DNA from: a virus
Taxonomy: Duplodnaviria; Caudoviricetes
Strand: one strand, 5' to 3'
IMG/VR virus record: IMGVR_UViG_3300012352_000557
Location: 1 to 34,402 of that record
DNA: 34,402 nt
Shown: piece by piece, positions 16,468-24,792 of the stretch
How positions within the stretch are numbered: the first letter of the stretch is position 1
How the letters are laid out: the number at the start of each line of letters is the position of its first letter
The notes under the pieces: generated by a model
What the model was told of the DNA's origin: nothing
The model's input: only the letters and a program-made list of their open reading frames with translations
Databases searched by the model: none
Made by a program: the position numbers and the translations under genes

Positions 16468-18279
16468 ATGTCAGTTTTTGTTGAGCTAGAGGAATCTGGC
16501 GTAGACATCATTATTAACGCCGAGTGGCGTCTAAAAGAGCTGTGCAAGAGCATTCCTGGCGCTACTTGGAACTCTAAGGAAGGCGTCTGGCGACTAGCTG
16601 CGTCTTGGGCTGGATGTCTGGCCTTGCGCTCTACCTTTAAGGAAAGCCTTGAGATCGGCCCTCGCTTGGCCGAATGGGCGAAGAACGAAAAGCTTAACCG
16701 TATTGACCCATCAAACCACCTACGCGATGTAGACATGATGGAAGACGGAGATCAGGATCTGTTTCCTCACCAGCGTGCAGGAGTCGAGTTCCTAGCCACT
16801 GCTCGCCGTGCTCTTCTAGCTGACGAGCCTGGACTTGGCAAGACTGCTCAGGCTATCCGCTCGCTGAAGCGTCTGCACGACAAAGGCGAAGCAGTTTTTC
16901 CGGCACTAATCGTGTGCCCAAATACTTTGAAGAAGAACTGGGAGCGTGAGTTTGATAAGTGGTGGCCTGGAGTAAATGTCACCGTTATTGGAGGATCTGC
17001 TACGCAACGTCGTGCTCAGTTTGAGAGTGACGCCGAGGTTTATGTAATTAACTGGGAGTCTTTGCGTAGCCACTCTCGCCTCGCTCCCTATGGTTCAATT
17101 GCTCTAGCTCGATGCCAAGACTGCGACGGGCATGACTCGCGTATTACGCCTGCTCGTTGTGAAGTACACCGCCGTGAGCTAAACACTATTGACTTCAAGG
17201 CTGTCATTGCTGACGAGATTCACCGCTCTAAAGACCCTAAGTCTAAGCAGACTCGCGCTCTTTGGGCCGCCACTGGCGAAGCTGATATCCGCTATGCACT
17301 AACTGGTACTCCAATTGCCAATGATGTTGTAGATCTTTGGCCAATTCTTCACTGGATCTCTCCAGAAGAATGGCCAAGCAAGACTCGCTGGATTGACCGC
17401 ATGATCAACACCATGCTCAACGCATTCGGTGGAATGATGGTTCTTGGTGTAAAGCCAGACATGGAGCAAGAGTTTTACGCAGCTATCAATCCACGCATGC
17501 GCCGTATGCTCAAGGCTAAGGTTCTACCTTGGCTACCTGCTGTGCTCACGGAGCGTCGTGACGTCGAGATGGGTGCTAAACAAGCTAAGGCCTATAAGCA
17601 GATGCTCGAGAACATGATTGCTTTGATTGAGGCCCCCGATGGTACTCTCGGAGATGCAGTTGTTGCGCCTAATCCTCTTACTCAGGCCCTGCGTCTACTA
17701 CAGTTTGCTAGCTCTTACGCAACCATCGAAGTAAATGAATCGGGACAAGAGAGCCTTATTTTGTCAGACCCTTCTTGTAAGGTTGATGCTCTGATGGATG
17801 ACATGAAGAATGGTGACTTTGGCGATGACTCTGTTGCAGTCTGTGCCGTATCACGCCAGCTGATTGAAATCCTAAGTGCACGTCTTACAAAAGAAGGCAT
17901 TGCTCATGGATTGATCACTGGCTCAATCACAGCTGAAGATCGCCAGAAGGCTATTGATGACTTCCAGTCTGGAAAGACTAAGTGGATCCTTTTCACCGCA
18001 CAGGCAGGTGGTGTGGGTGTTACCTTGACAACAGCACGTCGCCTTGTTATGCTTCAAAGGCCATGGTCTCTTGTTGACTACAAGCAGGCTTTGGACCGTG
18101 TTCACCGTATTGGCTCTGAGATTCACGATTCAGTGATTATCACCGACTACGTAACTCAGGGGACTGTCGAAGAGCGTGTAATCCAGGCTCTAGACACTAA
18201 AGCTGACAATTTTGAGCAGATTGTTCGTGACAAGCACCAGCTGCTCCAAATGCTTAAAGAAAGCAAGGCAACTCTATAA
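16468..18279 (+). CDS. SNF2-family (SF2) DNA helicase/translocase
   Basis: LFPHQ, ADEPGLGKT, DEIH, LTGTP, GVGVTLT and QALDRVHRIG motifs. Confidence 0.93.
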   Translation: MSVFVELEESGVDIIINAEWRLKELCKSIPGATWNSKEGVWRLAASWAGCLALRSTFKESLEIGPRLAEWAKNEKLNRIDPSNHLRDVDMMEDGDQDLFPHQRAGVEFLATARRALLADEPGLGKTAQAIRSLKRLHDKGEAVFPALIVCPNTLKKNWEREFDKWWPGVNVTVIGGSATQRRAQFESDAEVYVINWESLRSHSRLAPYGSIALARCQDCDGHDSRITPARCEVHRRELNTIDFKAVIADEIHRSKDPKSKQTRALWAATGEADIRYALTGTPIANDVVDLWPILHWISPEEWPSKTRWIDRMINTMLNAFGGMMVLGVKPDMEQEFYAAINPRMRRMLKAKVLPWLPAVLTERRDVEMGAKQAKAYKQMLENMIALIEAPDGTLGDAVVAPNPLTQALRLLQFASSYATIEVNESGQESLILSDPSCKVDALMDDMKNGDFGDDSVAVCAVSRQLIEILSARLTKEGIAHGLITGSITAEDRQKAIDDFQSGKTKWILFTAQAGGVGVTLTTARRLVMLQRPWSLVDYKQALDRVHRIGSEIHDSVIITDYVTQGTVEERVIQALDTKADNFEQIVRDKHQLLQMLKESKATL

Positions 18280-19217
18280 TGACGACCGAACCTATTCGCA
18301 TCTCTAACTCTGAGATTCAAACCTTCAAGGATTGCCGTCGCCGGTGGTGGTTTACTTACTATCGTCGTCTCAAGCCAAAGATGGCTGAGTTTACTGGTGC
18401 ACTGGCGCTTGGATCTCGTATCCACGAGGCCCTAGATCAGTACTACAGCTCAAAGATGGAGCGTGACCTACTTCAGATCCACGCTGAACTAGTTGCTGCA
18501 GATATGAAGACTCTTACCGACGAGTTTCGTGACACAACCAGCCTAGAGACCGAAGCTGAGCTTGGACGCGTAATGCTTGAGGGCTATCTAGAGTGGATGG
18601 AACTCGAAGGTATTGACGCAGAGCTAGAAATGATCTCTACTGAAGAGATTATTGAGCGTCCAATGATGGATGGTCGCGTCACCCTTCAGGGAAAGATTGA
18701 CATGCGTGTTCGTCGCAAGATTGACGGCGTTCGTATGTTCCGTGACTTCAAGACCGTTGGTGGATCTTTTGCTGACTTTGGATCTATCGCCCACATGAAC
18801 GAGCAGGTCCTGACTTACATGGTTCTAGAGGAAGCTCAGAACAAGGATGGCGAACGCTCAGAGGGTGGTATCTTTACGATGCTTCGTAAGGTTAAGCGCG
18901 GTGCTTATGCTAAGCCACCGTTCTACGACCAGATTGAGGTTCGTCACAATAGGTTTGCACTTCGTGCCTTTCTAGAACAATTAGAAGGCACCCTCGAAGA
19001 CATGCTTCGCGTCCGTGACGCGTTGAATGACGGAGAGAGTCACTTTAAGCACGTCTACCCTAAACCAAGCAAAGACTGCAAGTGGAAGTGTCAATTCTTC
19101 GCTATCTGCCCGCTGTTTGACGACGGCTCGGCAGCAGAGGCCGCTCTGAGCGACGCGTTTGTGTCATCCGACCCATACGGTTACTACGGAATTACAGAAG
19201 AGAAAGGAAGTGAGTAA
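18279..19217 (+). CDS. PD-(D/E)XK Cas4/RecB-like exonuclease with a four-Cys Fe-S staple
   Basis: SNSEI...C19, GSRIHEAL, GKID, DFKT, Q-x-x-x-Y and CKWKCQFFAIC. Confidence 0.88.
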   Translation: MTTEPIRISNSEIQTFKDCRRRWWFTYYRRLKPKMAEFTGALALGSRIHEALDQYYSSKMERDLLQIHAELVAADMKTLTDEFRDTTSLETEAELGRVMLEGYLEWMELEGIDAELEMISTEEIIERPMMDGRVTLQGKIDMRVRRKIDGVRMFRDFKTVGGSFADFGSIAHMNEQVLTYMVLEEAQNKDGERSEGGIFTMLRKVKRGAYAKPPFYDQIEVRHNRFALRAFLEQLEGTLEDMLRVRDALNDGESHFKHVYPKPSKDCKWKCQFFAICPLFDDGSAAEAALSDAFVSSDPYGYYGITEEKGSE

Positions 19218-19219
19218 GA

Positions 19220-19984
19220 ATGTCGGAAGTCGATCGCAGTTTAACAATTATGGTTTATGGCGAATCGAAGGTTGGTAAATCAACCTTTGCCGTTACAGCA
19301 CCTTACCCACGCCTAATGCTCGACGTTGAGGGTGGACACCGATTCCTACCTATCAACGTTAAGTATTGGGATCCGATGACAGAGGAACCACCATTGGCTG
19401 ACGGAACTTGGGACACTGTTGTTGTCCAGGTCCGTGAGTACGACGTTGTTATGAAGACGTTCCAGTGGCTTCAGTCAGGTAAGCACCAGTTCAAGTCCTT
19501 GATTATCGACTCAATCTCTGAGTTGCAGGTCAAGTGCATGGACAACATTGCAGGAACCGAACAGATGAAGATGCAACAGTGGGGCGAATTGCTTCGCCAC
19601 ATGGGTGCGCTACTTCGTGATCTTCGTGACCTAACAATGCACCCAACTCAGCCTCTTGAGGCTGTAGTTCTGACCGCTATGGCACGTAAGGGTCAGGACG
19701 GCGTTTACCGTCCTTATCTACAGGGTCAGCTAGCAATTCAGGCCCCGTACTTCTATGACATCCTAGGCGCAATCACAGTGGAACAGTTCCCTAACCCGGA
19801 CCCACTGCAGCCTCCATACAAGGTGCGACGCATGTACGTTGAGCGCACACCTGAGTATGAAGCTGGAGAACGCGTCCAGGGTCGTCTAGGAAAAATCGTC
19901 GAGCAGGGAGACCTTGGTGTCGAACGCATGCTCGATGTAATCTTTGGCGAAAAGACAAAGACCACAAAGAAAACAAGTAACTAA
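19220..19984 (+). CDS. Sak4-like / AAA_24 RecA-fold ssDNA annealing ATPase
   Basis: Walker A GESKVGKST, LDVEGG, Walker B LIIDSISE; lies between exonuclease and SSB. Confidence 0.85.
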   Translation: MSEVDRSLTIMVYGESKVGKSTFAVTAPYPRLMLDVEGGHRFLPINVKYWDPMTEEPPLADGTWDTVVVQVREYDVVMKTFQWLQSGKHQFKSLIIDSISELQVKCMDNIAGTEQMKMQQWGELLRHMGALLRDLRDLTMHPTQPLEAVVLTAMARKGQDGVYRPYLQGQLAIQAPYFYDILGAITVEQFPNPDPLQPPYKVRRMYVERTPEYEAGERVQGRLGKIVEQGDLGVERMLDVIFGEKTKTTKKTSN

Positions 19985-19992
19985 GGAAAATC

Positions 19993-20574
19993 ATGAGTTC
20001 ACTCAACTGGAGCGACCTAATCAAGGACGCTGGAGAACCTACTAGCTACGAGCCACTACCTGATGGTGACTACGAACTAAAGGTTATCGAATCAAAGGCT
20101 AAGAACACCCAGTCTGGCAAGACTATGTTCAGCATCACCACCGAGGTTCAGGGTGGCCCGCACGCAAAGCGTCGTGTCTGGGACAACCTGACCGTATCAC
20201 CTGAGAACCCAAAGGCATTGGCTATCTTCTTCTCGAAGATGGAGTCCCTAGGTCTACCTCGTGATTTCTTCACCGCGTCTAACCCAAGCAACGCTCAGAT
20301 CGAGCAGGCCCTACTAGGTCGCTCGTTCCGCGGAACGCTAGGTAAGAAGACCTACAACGGTACTGTCAGCAATGAGATTACCAAGTACTTCCGCCTAGTG
20401 GCCGATGCAACTGCCGGAGCACCAGTACCACCTGCTCCAGCTGCGGCACCTGCACCTGCTCCAGCTGCTCCAGTAGCCACTCCGTTTGACGGACCGTCGG
20501 TTGCTAACGCAGCACCTGCACCTGCTCCAGCACCAGCACCTGCGGCTCCTGTTTCATCAGAAGAGCCGTTCTAA
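19993..20574 (+). CDS. DUF669-type ssDNA-binding protein
   Basis: EPLPDGDY start; OB-like core; Pro/Ala linker; acidic-aromatic tail EEPF. Confidence 0.82.
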   Translation: MSSLNWSDLIKDAGEPTSYEPLPDGDYELKVIESKAKNTQSGKTMFSITTEVQGGPHAKRRVWDNLTVSPENPKALAIFFSKMESLGLPRDFFTASNPSNAQIEQALLGRSFRGTLGKKTYNGTVSNEITKYFRLVADATAGAPVPPAPAAAPAPAPAAPVATPFDGPSVANAAPAPAPAPAPAAPVSSEEPF

Positions 20575-20585
20575 ATAAAAGTATC

Positions 20586-20619
20586 GAGGGGGTGTCTTAT
20601 AGGCACCCCCTCTTTATTT
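20586..20619 (+). terminator. Rho-independent terminator after SSB
   Basis: GAGGGGGTGTCT-tat-AGGCACCCCCTC stem followed by TTTATTT. Confidence 0.85.
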
Positions 20620-20632
20620 ATAAAGGGTTAAG

Positions 20633-21673
20633 ATGAAAGTACTATTTACTGGAATGCTGTCCGCCCACTGTAAGGTGCCGACAGATGTCTCAAACAAGAC
20701 TTTTTACACTGCATTTTCTTTAGTGTTTAGAGATCTATATCCAGAAGCTGAAATTGAGTGGAAAGCGCCGTCTCTAGCGTGGGACGAGGAATATCTTTCA
20801 CAATATGATTTCATTTTTATTGGAATGGTGCCACCTACTTCGATGAGCGCCAACATGATCTACGGAACCCTTAAGTGTCTAGACACCGTCTACGATTGGC
20901 CTAATGTTCGTCTGATAATGGACTCCCCTCAGCTGTGGCAATATGCCCCTGGGCTATCTGCTATCAGTAAAGACCCTACTTACTTAGTAAGTAGTTTCTA
21001 CTCTAAGCGCCCGGGCTATAAGCAAGCCGACACCTACAAAACGCTATCTAGCTTCAAGCGAGTGGCTGAGAGGATGCTTACTGAGAAGTGGCCTAAAGTC
21101 ATTTACCCAGAACTCCCTTGGCACGACTCGGCCCGTAAGAGTGAATTGATCTCCGATCACCTGCCCCATGTCACTGACGCTTTCGGACTAAATTTAGATG
21201 GATACTTTCTAAATAATAAAAATCCAGACTATAAAGAGGTCTTTGACGCTCCTTGGTCTGTTGACAGCTTCAAATCTAAATGGGCTGGGAAGCTCAGCAG
21301 GACTGTATCCATGTCGTTCAGCGAGCTAAAGCTTGGAAAGACTTTTAATGATGTCCATGCAGAAGCTGCGCTTCGTAGTTCAATCGGCCTGATTGTTCCG
21401 CCTACGGACCGCAACGTCGGGACGTGGTGGAGTTATAGGTACCTGCAGGGCTTGCTCTCTGGCGTTCCTGTAGCGACTGACTGGACTGAGTCTAAAGCTT
21501 TGGGATCGGCGTGGGCCGTATTACCGTATCAAATCGAGGACATGACCCCGATTGAACGAAAAGAGCTGGCTCAGAAGCAACTCGAATCCTATAAAAAGAA
21601 CGCCCTGAGTCTGCCTGAACTAAAGCAAAAAATTGAACTAGTATTAAACCATAAAGGAGAACACAATGCCTGA
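20633..21673 (+). CDS. Putative GT-B-fold glycosyltransferase (phage type, possibly DNA-modifying)
   Basis: MKVLFTG start, YDFIFIG, C-terminal GLIVPP...GTWWSYRYLQ...GVPVATD; recalled resemblance to glycosyltransferases in Microbacterium phage replication regions (not searched). Confidence 0.55.
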   Translation: MKVLFTGMLSAHCKVPTDVSNKTFYTAFSLVFRDLYPEAEIEWKAPSLAWDEEYLSQYDFIFIGMVPPTSMSANMIYGTLKCLDTVYDWPNVRLIMDSPQLWQYAPGLSAISKDPTYLVSSFYSKRPGYKQADTYKTLSSFKRVAERMLTEKWPKVIYPELPWHDSARKSELISDHLPHVTDAFGLNLDGYFLNNKNPDYKEVFDAPWSVDSFKSKWAGKLSRTVSMSFSELKLGKTFNDVHAEAALRSSIGLIVPPTDRNVGTWWSYRYLQGLLSGVPVATDWTESKALGSAWAVLPYQIEDMTPIERKELAQKQLESYKKNALSLPELKQKIELVLNHKGEHNA

Positions 21674-22094
21674 AGTAAATGATGCGTGGGTAAAACAGCA
21701 ACTAGAAGAGGCTAAGGTCCGAGTAGGGTCTGGCAAGGCTATTATCCGGTTGCTAGAGACATGGGAATCCCTAGGTGATTTGTCGGATAACATCTCTAAA
21801 GAGACCATTGAAATCTTCAGTCGACTAGCCTTAGGCAGGTTGGCTAAAGATCCAGAAGCAAAACCAGACGAGGTCTGGGTCCCTGCTCAGCCTGGCCAGA
21901 TCAAGGTGGGCGATGAAGTCCGAGTTCTAGTAGATGCCTTTAATGACAAGACTGGCGTAATCCACAATGGTCGTCGTGGAAAAGTAACTGCAGTGCGCTA
22001 TGGCGATGTAATCTTTAAGTCAACGGACGGCAAGACTCCAGAACTAGATGGAGTTCACTACTCTCCATATAAGCTAGAAAAAAGGATTAAGTAA
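21666..22094 (+). CDS. Hypothetical protein, helical N-terminus plus SH3/KOW-like C-terminus
   Basis: SD AAAGGAG; IKVGDEVRV...GRRGKVTAV pattern. Confidence 0.75.
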   Translation: MPEVNDAWVKQQLEEAKVRVGSGKAIIRLLETWESLGDLSDNISKETIEIFSRLALGRLAKDPEAKPDEVWVPAQPGQIKVGDEVRVLVDAFNDKTGVIHNGRRGKVTAVRYGDVIFKSTDGKTPELDGVHYSPYKLEKRIK

Positions 22095-22330
22095 TGCGCA
22101 CCAGTTTCGAGATCAAGGTATACGCAAATACCCTAGAGGATGCGAAAATCAAGGCCTACCAAGAAGTCTCTAAGTTCATTGGAGTACCTTCAGATGAGGT
22201 AAAAGGAATGGTTGACCTAGAACTTAAGGTGAAGACCTATGATCTAAAGGATGACGCCCCTGAGCCAGACGGTGACTTCGAGGTAGTTGTCTACGGCGCT
22301 GTAAAACACAGCATTGTAAGGCCGCTATAA
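22094..22330 (+). CDS. Hypothetical protein (78 aa)
   Basis: TAATG coupling; SD AAAGGA. Confidence 0.75.
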   Translation: MRTSFEIKVYANTLEDAKIKAYQEVSKFIGVPSDEVKGMVDLELKVKTYDLKDDAPEPDGDFEVVVYGAVKHSIVRPL

Positions 22331-22335
22331 ATTAT

Positions 22336-22364
22336 TTGACAAAACCAACCGTAAGCGGTACATT
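22336..22364 (+). promoter_or_regulatory. Sigma70-like promoter giving a probable leaderless mRNA
   Basis: TTGACA-17 bp-TACATT, then 6 nt to ATG 22371; no SD. Confidence 0.8.
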
Positions 22365-22370
22365 GTTTCT

Positions 22371-22862
22371 ATGCAAACATTTGTACCGCTTACTTCTTCT
22401 TTTGAAGACATTGCCCGCACGCTAGATCGTGCCCGTCTCAATAAGCAAGCCCTAGAAGGCTGGCAGATTTTGATGACCCTCCTTGAGCTGGATCCCCATG
22501 GCAACCACCGTGTCCCTAGGGGCTGGGTAAATCACCCAGCTGTCAAGATGTGGCGCGGCCATGAAATGGCGCTATATCTCTACATTCAAGCGATGGTGGA
22601 TGAGTGGAAGCGTCGTGGCTATAAGTCAACTATTGGTGACAAAGCTAAAGACACTATCAAGACTGCCATGTCCAAGGGGTTGCTGGCCTCGTCTGCTTCG
22701 AGTAACCCACGGTGGATTTCTGACATGAAACTATTTAAAGAAGTAGCTGCGAGCCATCGGTTAGCTCTTCTCAGCAAGGACTATGAGTGGTACTCACAAT
22801 TCAACTGGGACGAGGACACTGGTAAAAAGCCAGAAACCTACGAATATCTCTGGCCTGAATAA
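22371..22862 (+). CDS. MSMEG_6728-like / pyrimidine dimer DNA glycosylase (T4 endonuclease V-like) family protein
   Basis: MQTF-x-P, LDxxRLxKQxxE, HPAVKMWRGHE, SHR..LL.KD and Y-x-WP motifs. Confidence 0.85.
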   Translation: MQTFVPLTSSFEDIARTLDRARLNKQALEGWQILMTLLELDPHGNHRVPRGWVNHPAVKMWRGHEMALYLYIQAMVDEWKRRGYKSTIGDKAKDTIKTAMSKGLLASSASSNPRWISDMKLFKEVAASHRLALLSKDYEWYSQFNWDEDTGKKPETYEYLWPE

Positions 22863-22908
22863 ATTTGTAATTTACGGTATTTAACACGAAATAGTTAAAC
22901 TTCAATTG

Positions 22909-22914
22909 TAGAAT
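22909..22914 (+). promoter_or_regulatory. -10 element (TAGAAT) of a probable leaderless transcript
   Basis: TAGAAT, then 6 nt, then ATG 22921; no SD; AT-rich gap. Confidence 0.55.
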
Positions 22915-22920
22915 CTTTAT

Positions 22921-23265
22921 ATGAAAGATTCTCGAATTGGCGAGTCGCTTTGGTTTATCTGGGACACCCCCAATAACCAATTTGGTGACTATCCAATTTT
23001 CTACACCGAAGATCACGTTGATATAGATAATGAAGTCGTTCGACGTGCCTTGGCATCTGCAATCCAACGTGAAGGGATAGTATCCTCTCTAGGAGAGGGC
23101 TACTTTCTTGTTGATCATGGAGAAACTTGGCAAGGGTATTCTGGGTCTGTAGATTCTAGCGAAGTAGAGGATCTTTACGAATGTGATGAAAATGGTTCAA
23201 CTTCCGACGGAGAAATTATGCCAGAAGTTGCCCCCACTACTTGGGTTAGGATTTTTGACTTTTGA
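22921..23265 (+). CDS. Hypothetical acidic protein (114 aa)
   Basis: Fills the gap; stop overlaps the whiB start (TTGA). Confidence 0.75.
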   Translation: MKDSRIGESLWFIWDTPNNQFGDYPIFYTEDHVDIDNEVVRRALASAIQREGIVSSLGEGYFLVDHGETWQGYSGSVDSSEVEDLYECDENGSTSDGEIMPEVAPTTWVRIFDF

Positions 23266-23717
23266 TAGACACGCCTGGATGGTACGAAGAAGCTGAATGC
23301 TCTAAGCCAATATATAGAGATGTAATTAAGAACTTCTTTCTGAACAAGTCGGCTCAGCAGTTGCCTGCGCTGAAGATATGCGACGCATGTCCAGTAAAAA
23401 GAGATTGCCTTAAGATGGCCCTAGAAAATAAAGAAATATGGGGCATATGGGGAGGGCTCACTCCTAAAAAGATCCGTAGGACTCTATCTGTGAACTGGCA
23501 AGGTCAAGAGATGCGCCATAAACGCCCACCGCTGTGTCCGGCCTGTAAGGCAAAGACTGACAAACTTATAACTAAGACAGTCAATCGCCCTAACGGCGGG
23601 CGCTGGGCAACCATGAAGCTAGTCGAGTGTGTGGAGTGTAGTTTCTCATGGCAGAGCAGAACAAGTGCTAATGCTGTAGAGGCGTTTCACTTGCTAAAGA
23701 CTAAGAAGAAGTCTTAG
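23262..23717 (+). CDS. whiB: WhiB-family transcription factor with a C-terminal zinc ribbon
   Basis: W-x4-EC, FF, CDAC-x5-C and GIWGG; then CPAC-x25-CVEC. Confidence 0.9.
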   Translation: MIDTPGWYEEAECSKPIYRDVIKNFFLNKSAQQLPALKICDACPVKRDCLKMALENKEIWGIWGGLTPKKIRRTLSVNWQGQEMRHKRPPLCPACKAKTDKLITKTVNRPNGGRWATMKLVECVECSFSWQSRTSANAVEAFHLLKTKKKS

Positions 23718-24792
23718 CTGCAGCCTTGTAATACTCTAGATTGTTTTTCAAACGTTCGTTGTTTGGGTCGTGAAGTACGGCAGCTTCTCCATAAACCAAA
23801 GCTTCTTCGTACATCCCCAAGTTATATGCAGCTATAGAAGCTAAATCGTGAGGTAAGGCTCCCCAAGCAAAGTCCTCGCATAGATAGTCCAGTGGCTTCT
23901 CTTTGATCTTGAGAGCGTCCAGCGAAACCTCGTAGCAATCAGCCCAGTTCTTTTCTTCGTACAAAAATTGCGCGTACTCTACGAGGGCTTCCCTGCGTCC
24001 CGGGGCTTCGTCTACCGCTGAAACTAGCCATGTAGAGCGATTCTCTGGCTCGCACTTAGCTAGGTAGCGCATTGATGCGGCTCGCTCTGGCCTCCAAGTT
24101 GCACTAGGAATTGATAGGTGCCTTTTGAATTCCTTAGCAGCTTCTTCGTACTGAGCATAGAAGAAGAGCTCCCTAGCGTAGTAAAAAGCACTTCTATCGT
24201 CGTTTGGCGTTTCTTTTACAGCGAGTTTCAGTAGTGGGAGGTACTGCCCGCGACTTTTAGTTGGATCGGCCCTGTGGTGTAGAATTAGCTCTGGGATAGT
24301 TACTCGACTCTCTGGTTGATCCATTTCCCAGTAAAGAGTCTCGTGACATGGTTGACGCCAGCGATACCCAAAACGTCCATGAATTTTGTCAGCATAAAAC
24401 TGAATGCCTGGAGTTACTCCATCTTCTTTCCAGTTCCAGATGTAGTCATAGGCGATGCGATCAATGTTTCCGTTGGTTTCTTGCCAAGCCTTATCTATTG
24501 CATCTGACCAGCCTGGTTGTAGATACTCGTCTAAATCAATTGATAGGCAGATATCAATATCGGCTGGGATCAAACTTAAGGCCGTATTTCTAGGAACATC
24601 AAACCGCCACGGCTTCTGAGTAATCTCATAAACAACTGCTCCGCGCTCACGTAGACGTTCTACGGTGCCGTCTGTTGATCCGGTGTCGCAGACTAAAACA
24701 AGATCTGCTCCCTCGTTTGCATCCATAAATTTATCTACATGTTTGATCTCGTTAAGCGCGATGGCATAGACACAAGTTCTTACTTTACGCAT
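23701..24792 (-). CDS. GT2 (GT-A) glycosyltransferase with TPR-like C-terminus
   Basis: CVYAIALNE, DTGSTDGT, PWRFD...RN, DLDE, HE; helical repeats (FYYARELFF...AEFKRHL). Confidence 0.92.
   Translation of the reverse strand: MRKVRTCVYAIALNEIKHVDKFMDANEGADLVLVCDTGSTDGTVERLRERGAVVYEITQKPWRFDVPRNTALSLIPADIDICLSIDLDEYLQPGWSDAIDKAWQETNGNIDRIAYDYIWNWKEDGVTPGIQFYADKIHGRFGYRWRQPCHETLYWEMDQPESRVTIPELILHHRADPTKSRGQYLPLLKLAVKETPNDDRSAFYYARELFFYAQYEEAAKEFKRHLSIPSATWRPERAASMRYLAKCEPENRSTWLVSAVDEAPGRREALVEYAQFLYEEKNWADCYEVSLDALKIKEKPLDYLCEDFAWGALPHDLASIAAYNLGMYEEALVYGEAAVLHDPNNERLKNNLEYYKAAAKTSS

Noticed and set aside
18279-19217. Cas4-like nuclease as evidence for a CRISPR-Cas system
   Set aside because: No repeat-spacer array or other cas genes; it sits in the usual exonuclease-Sak4-SSB recombination module
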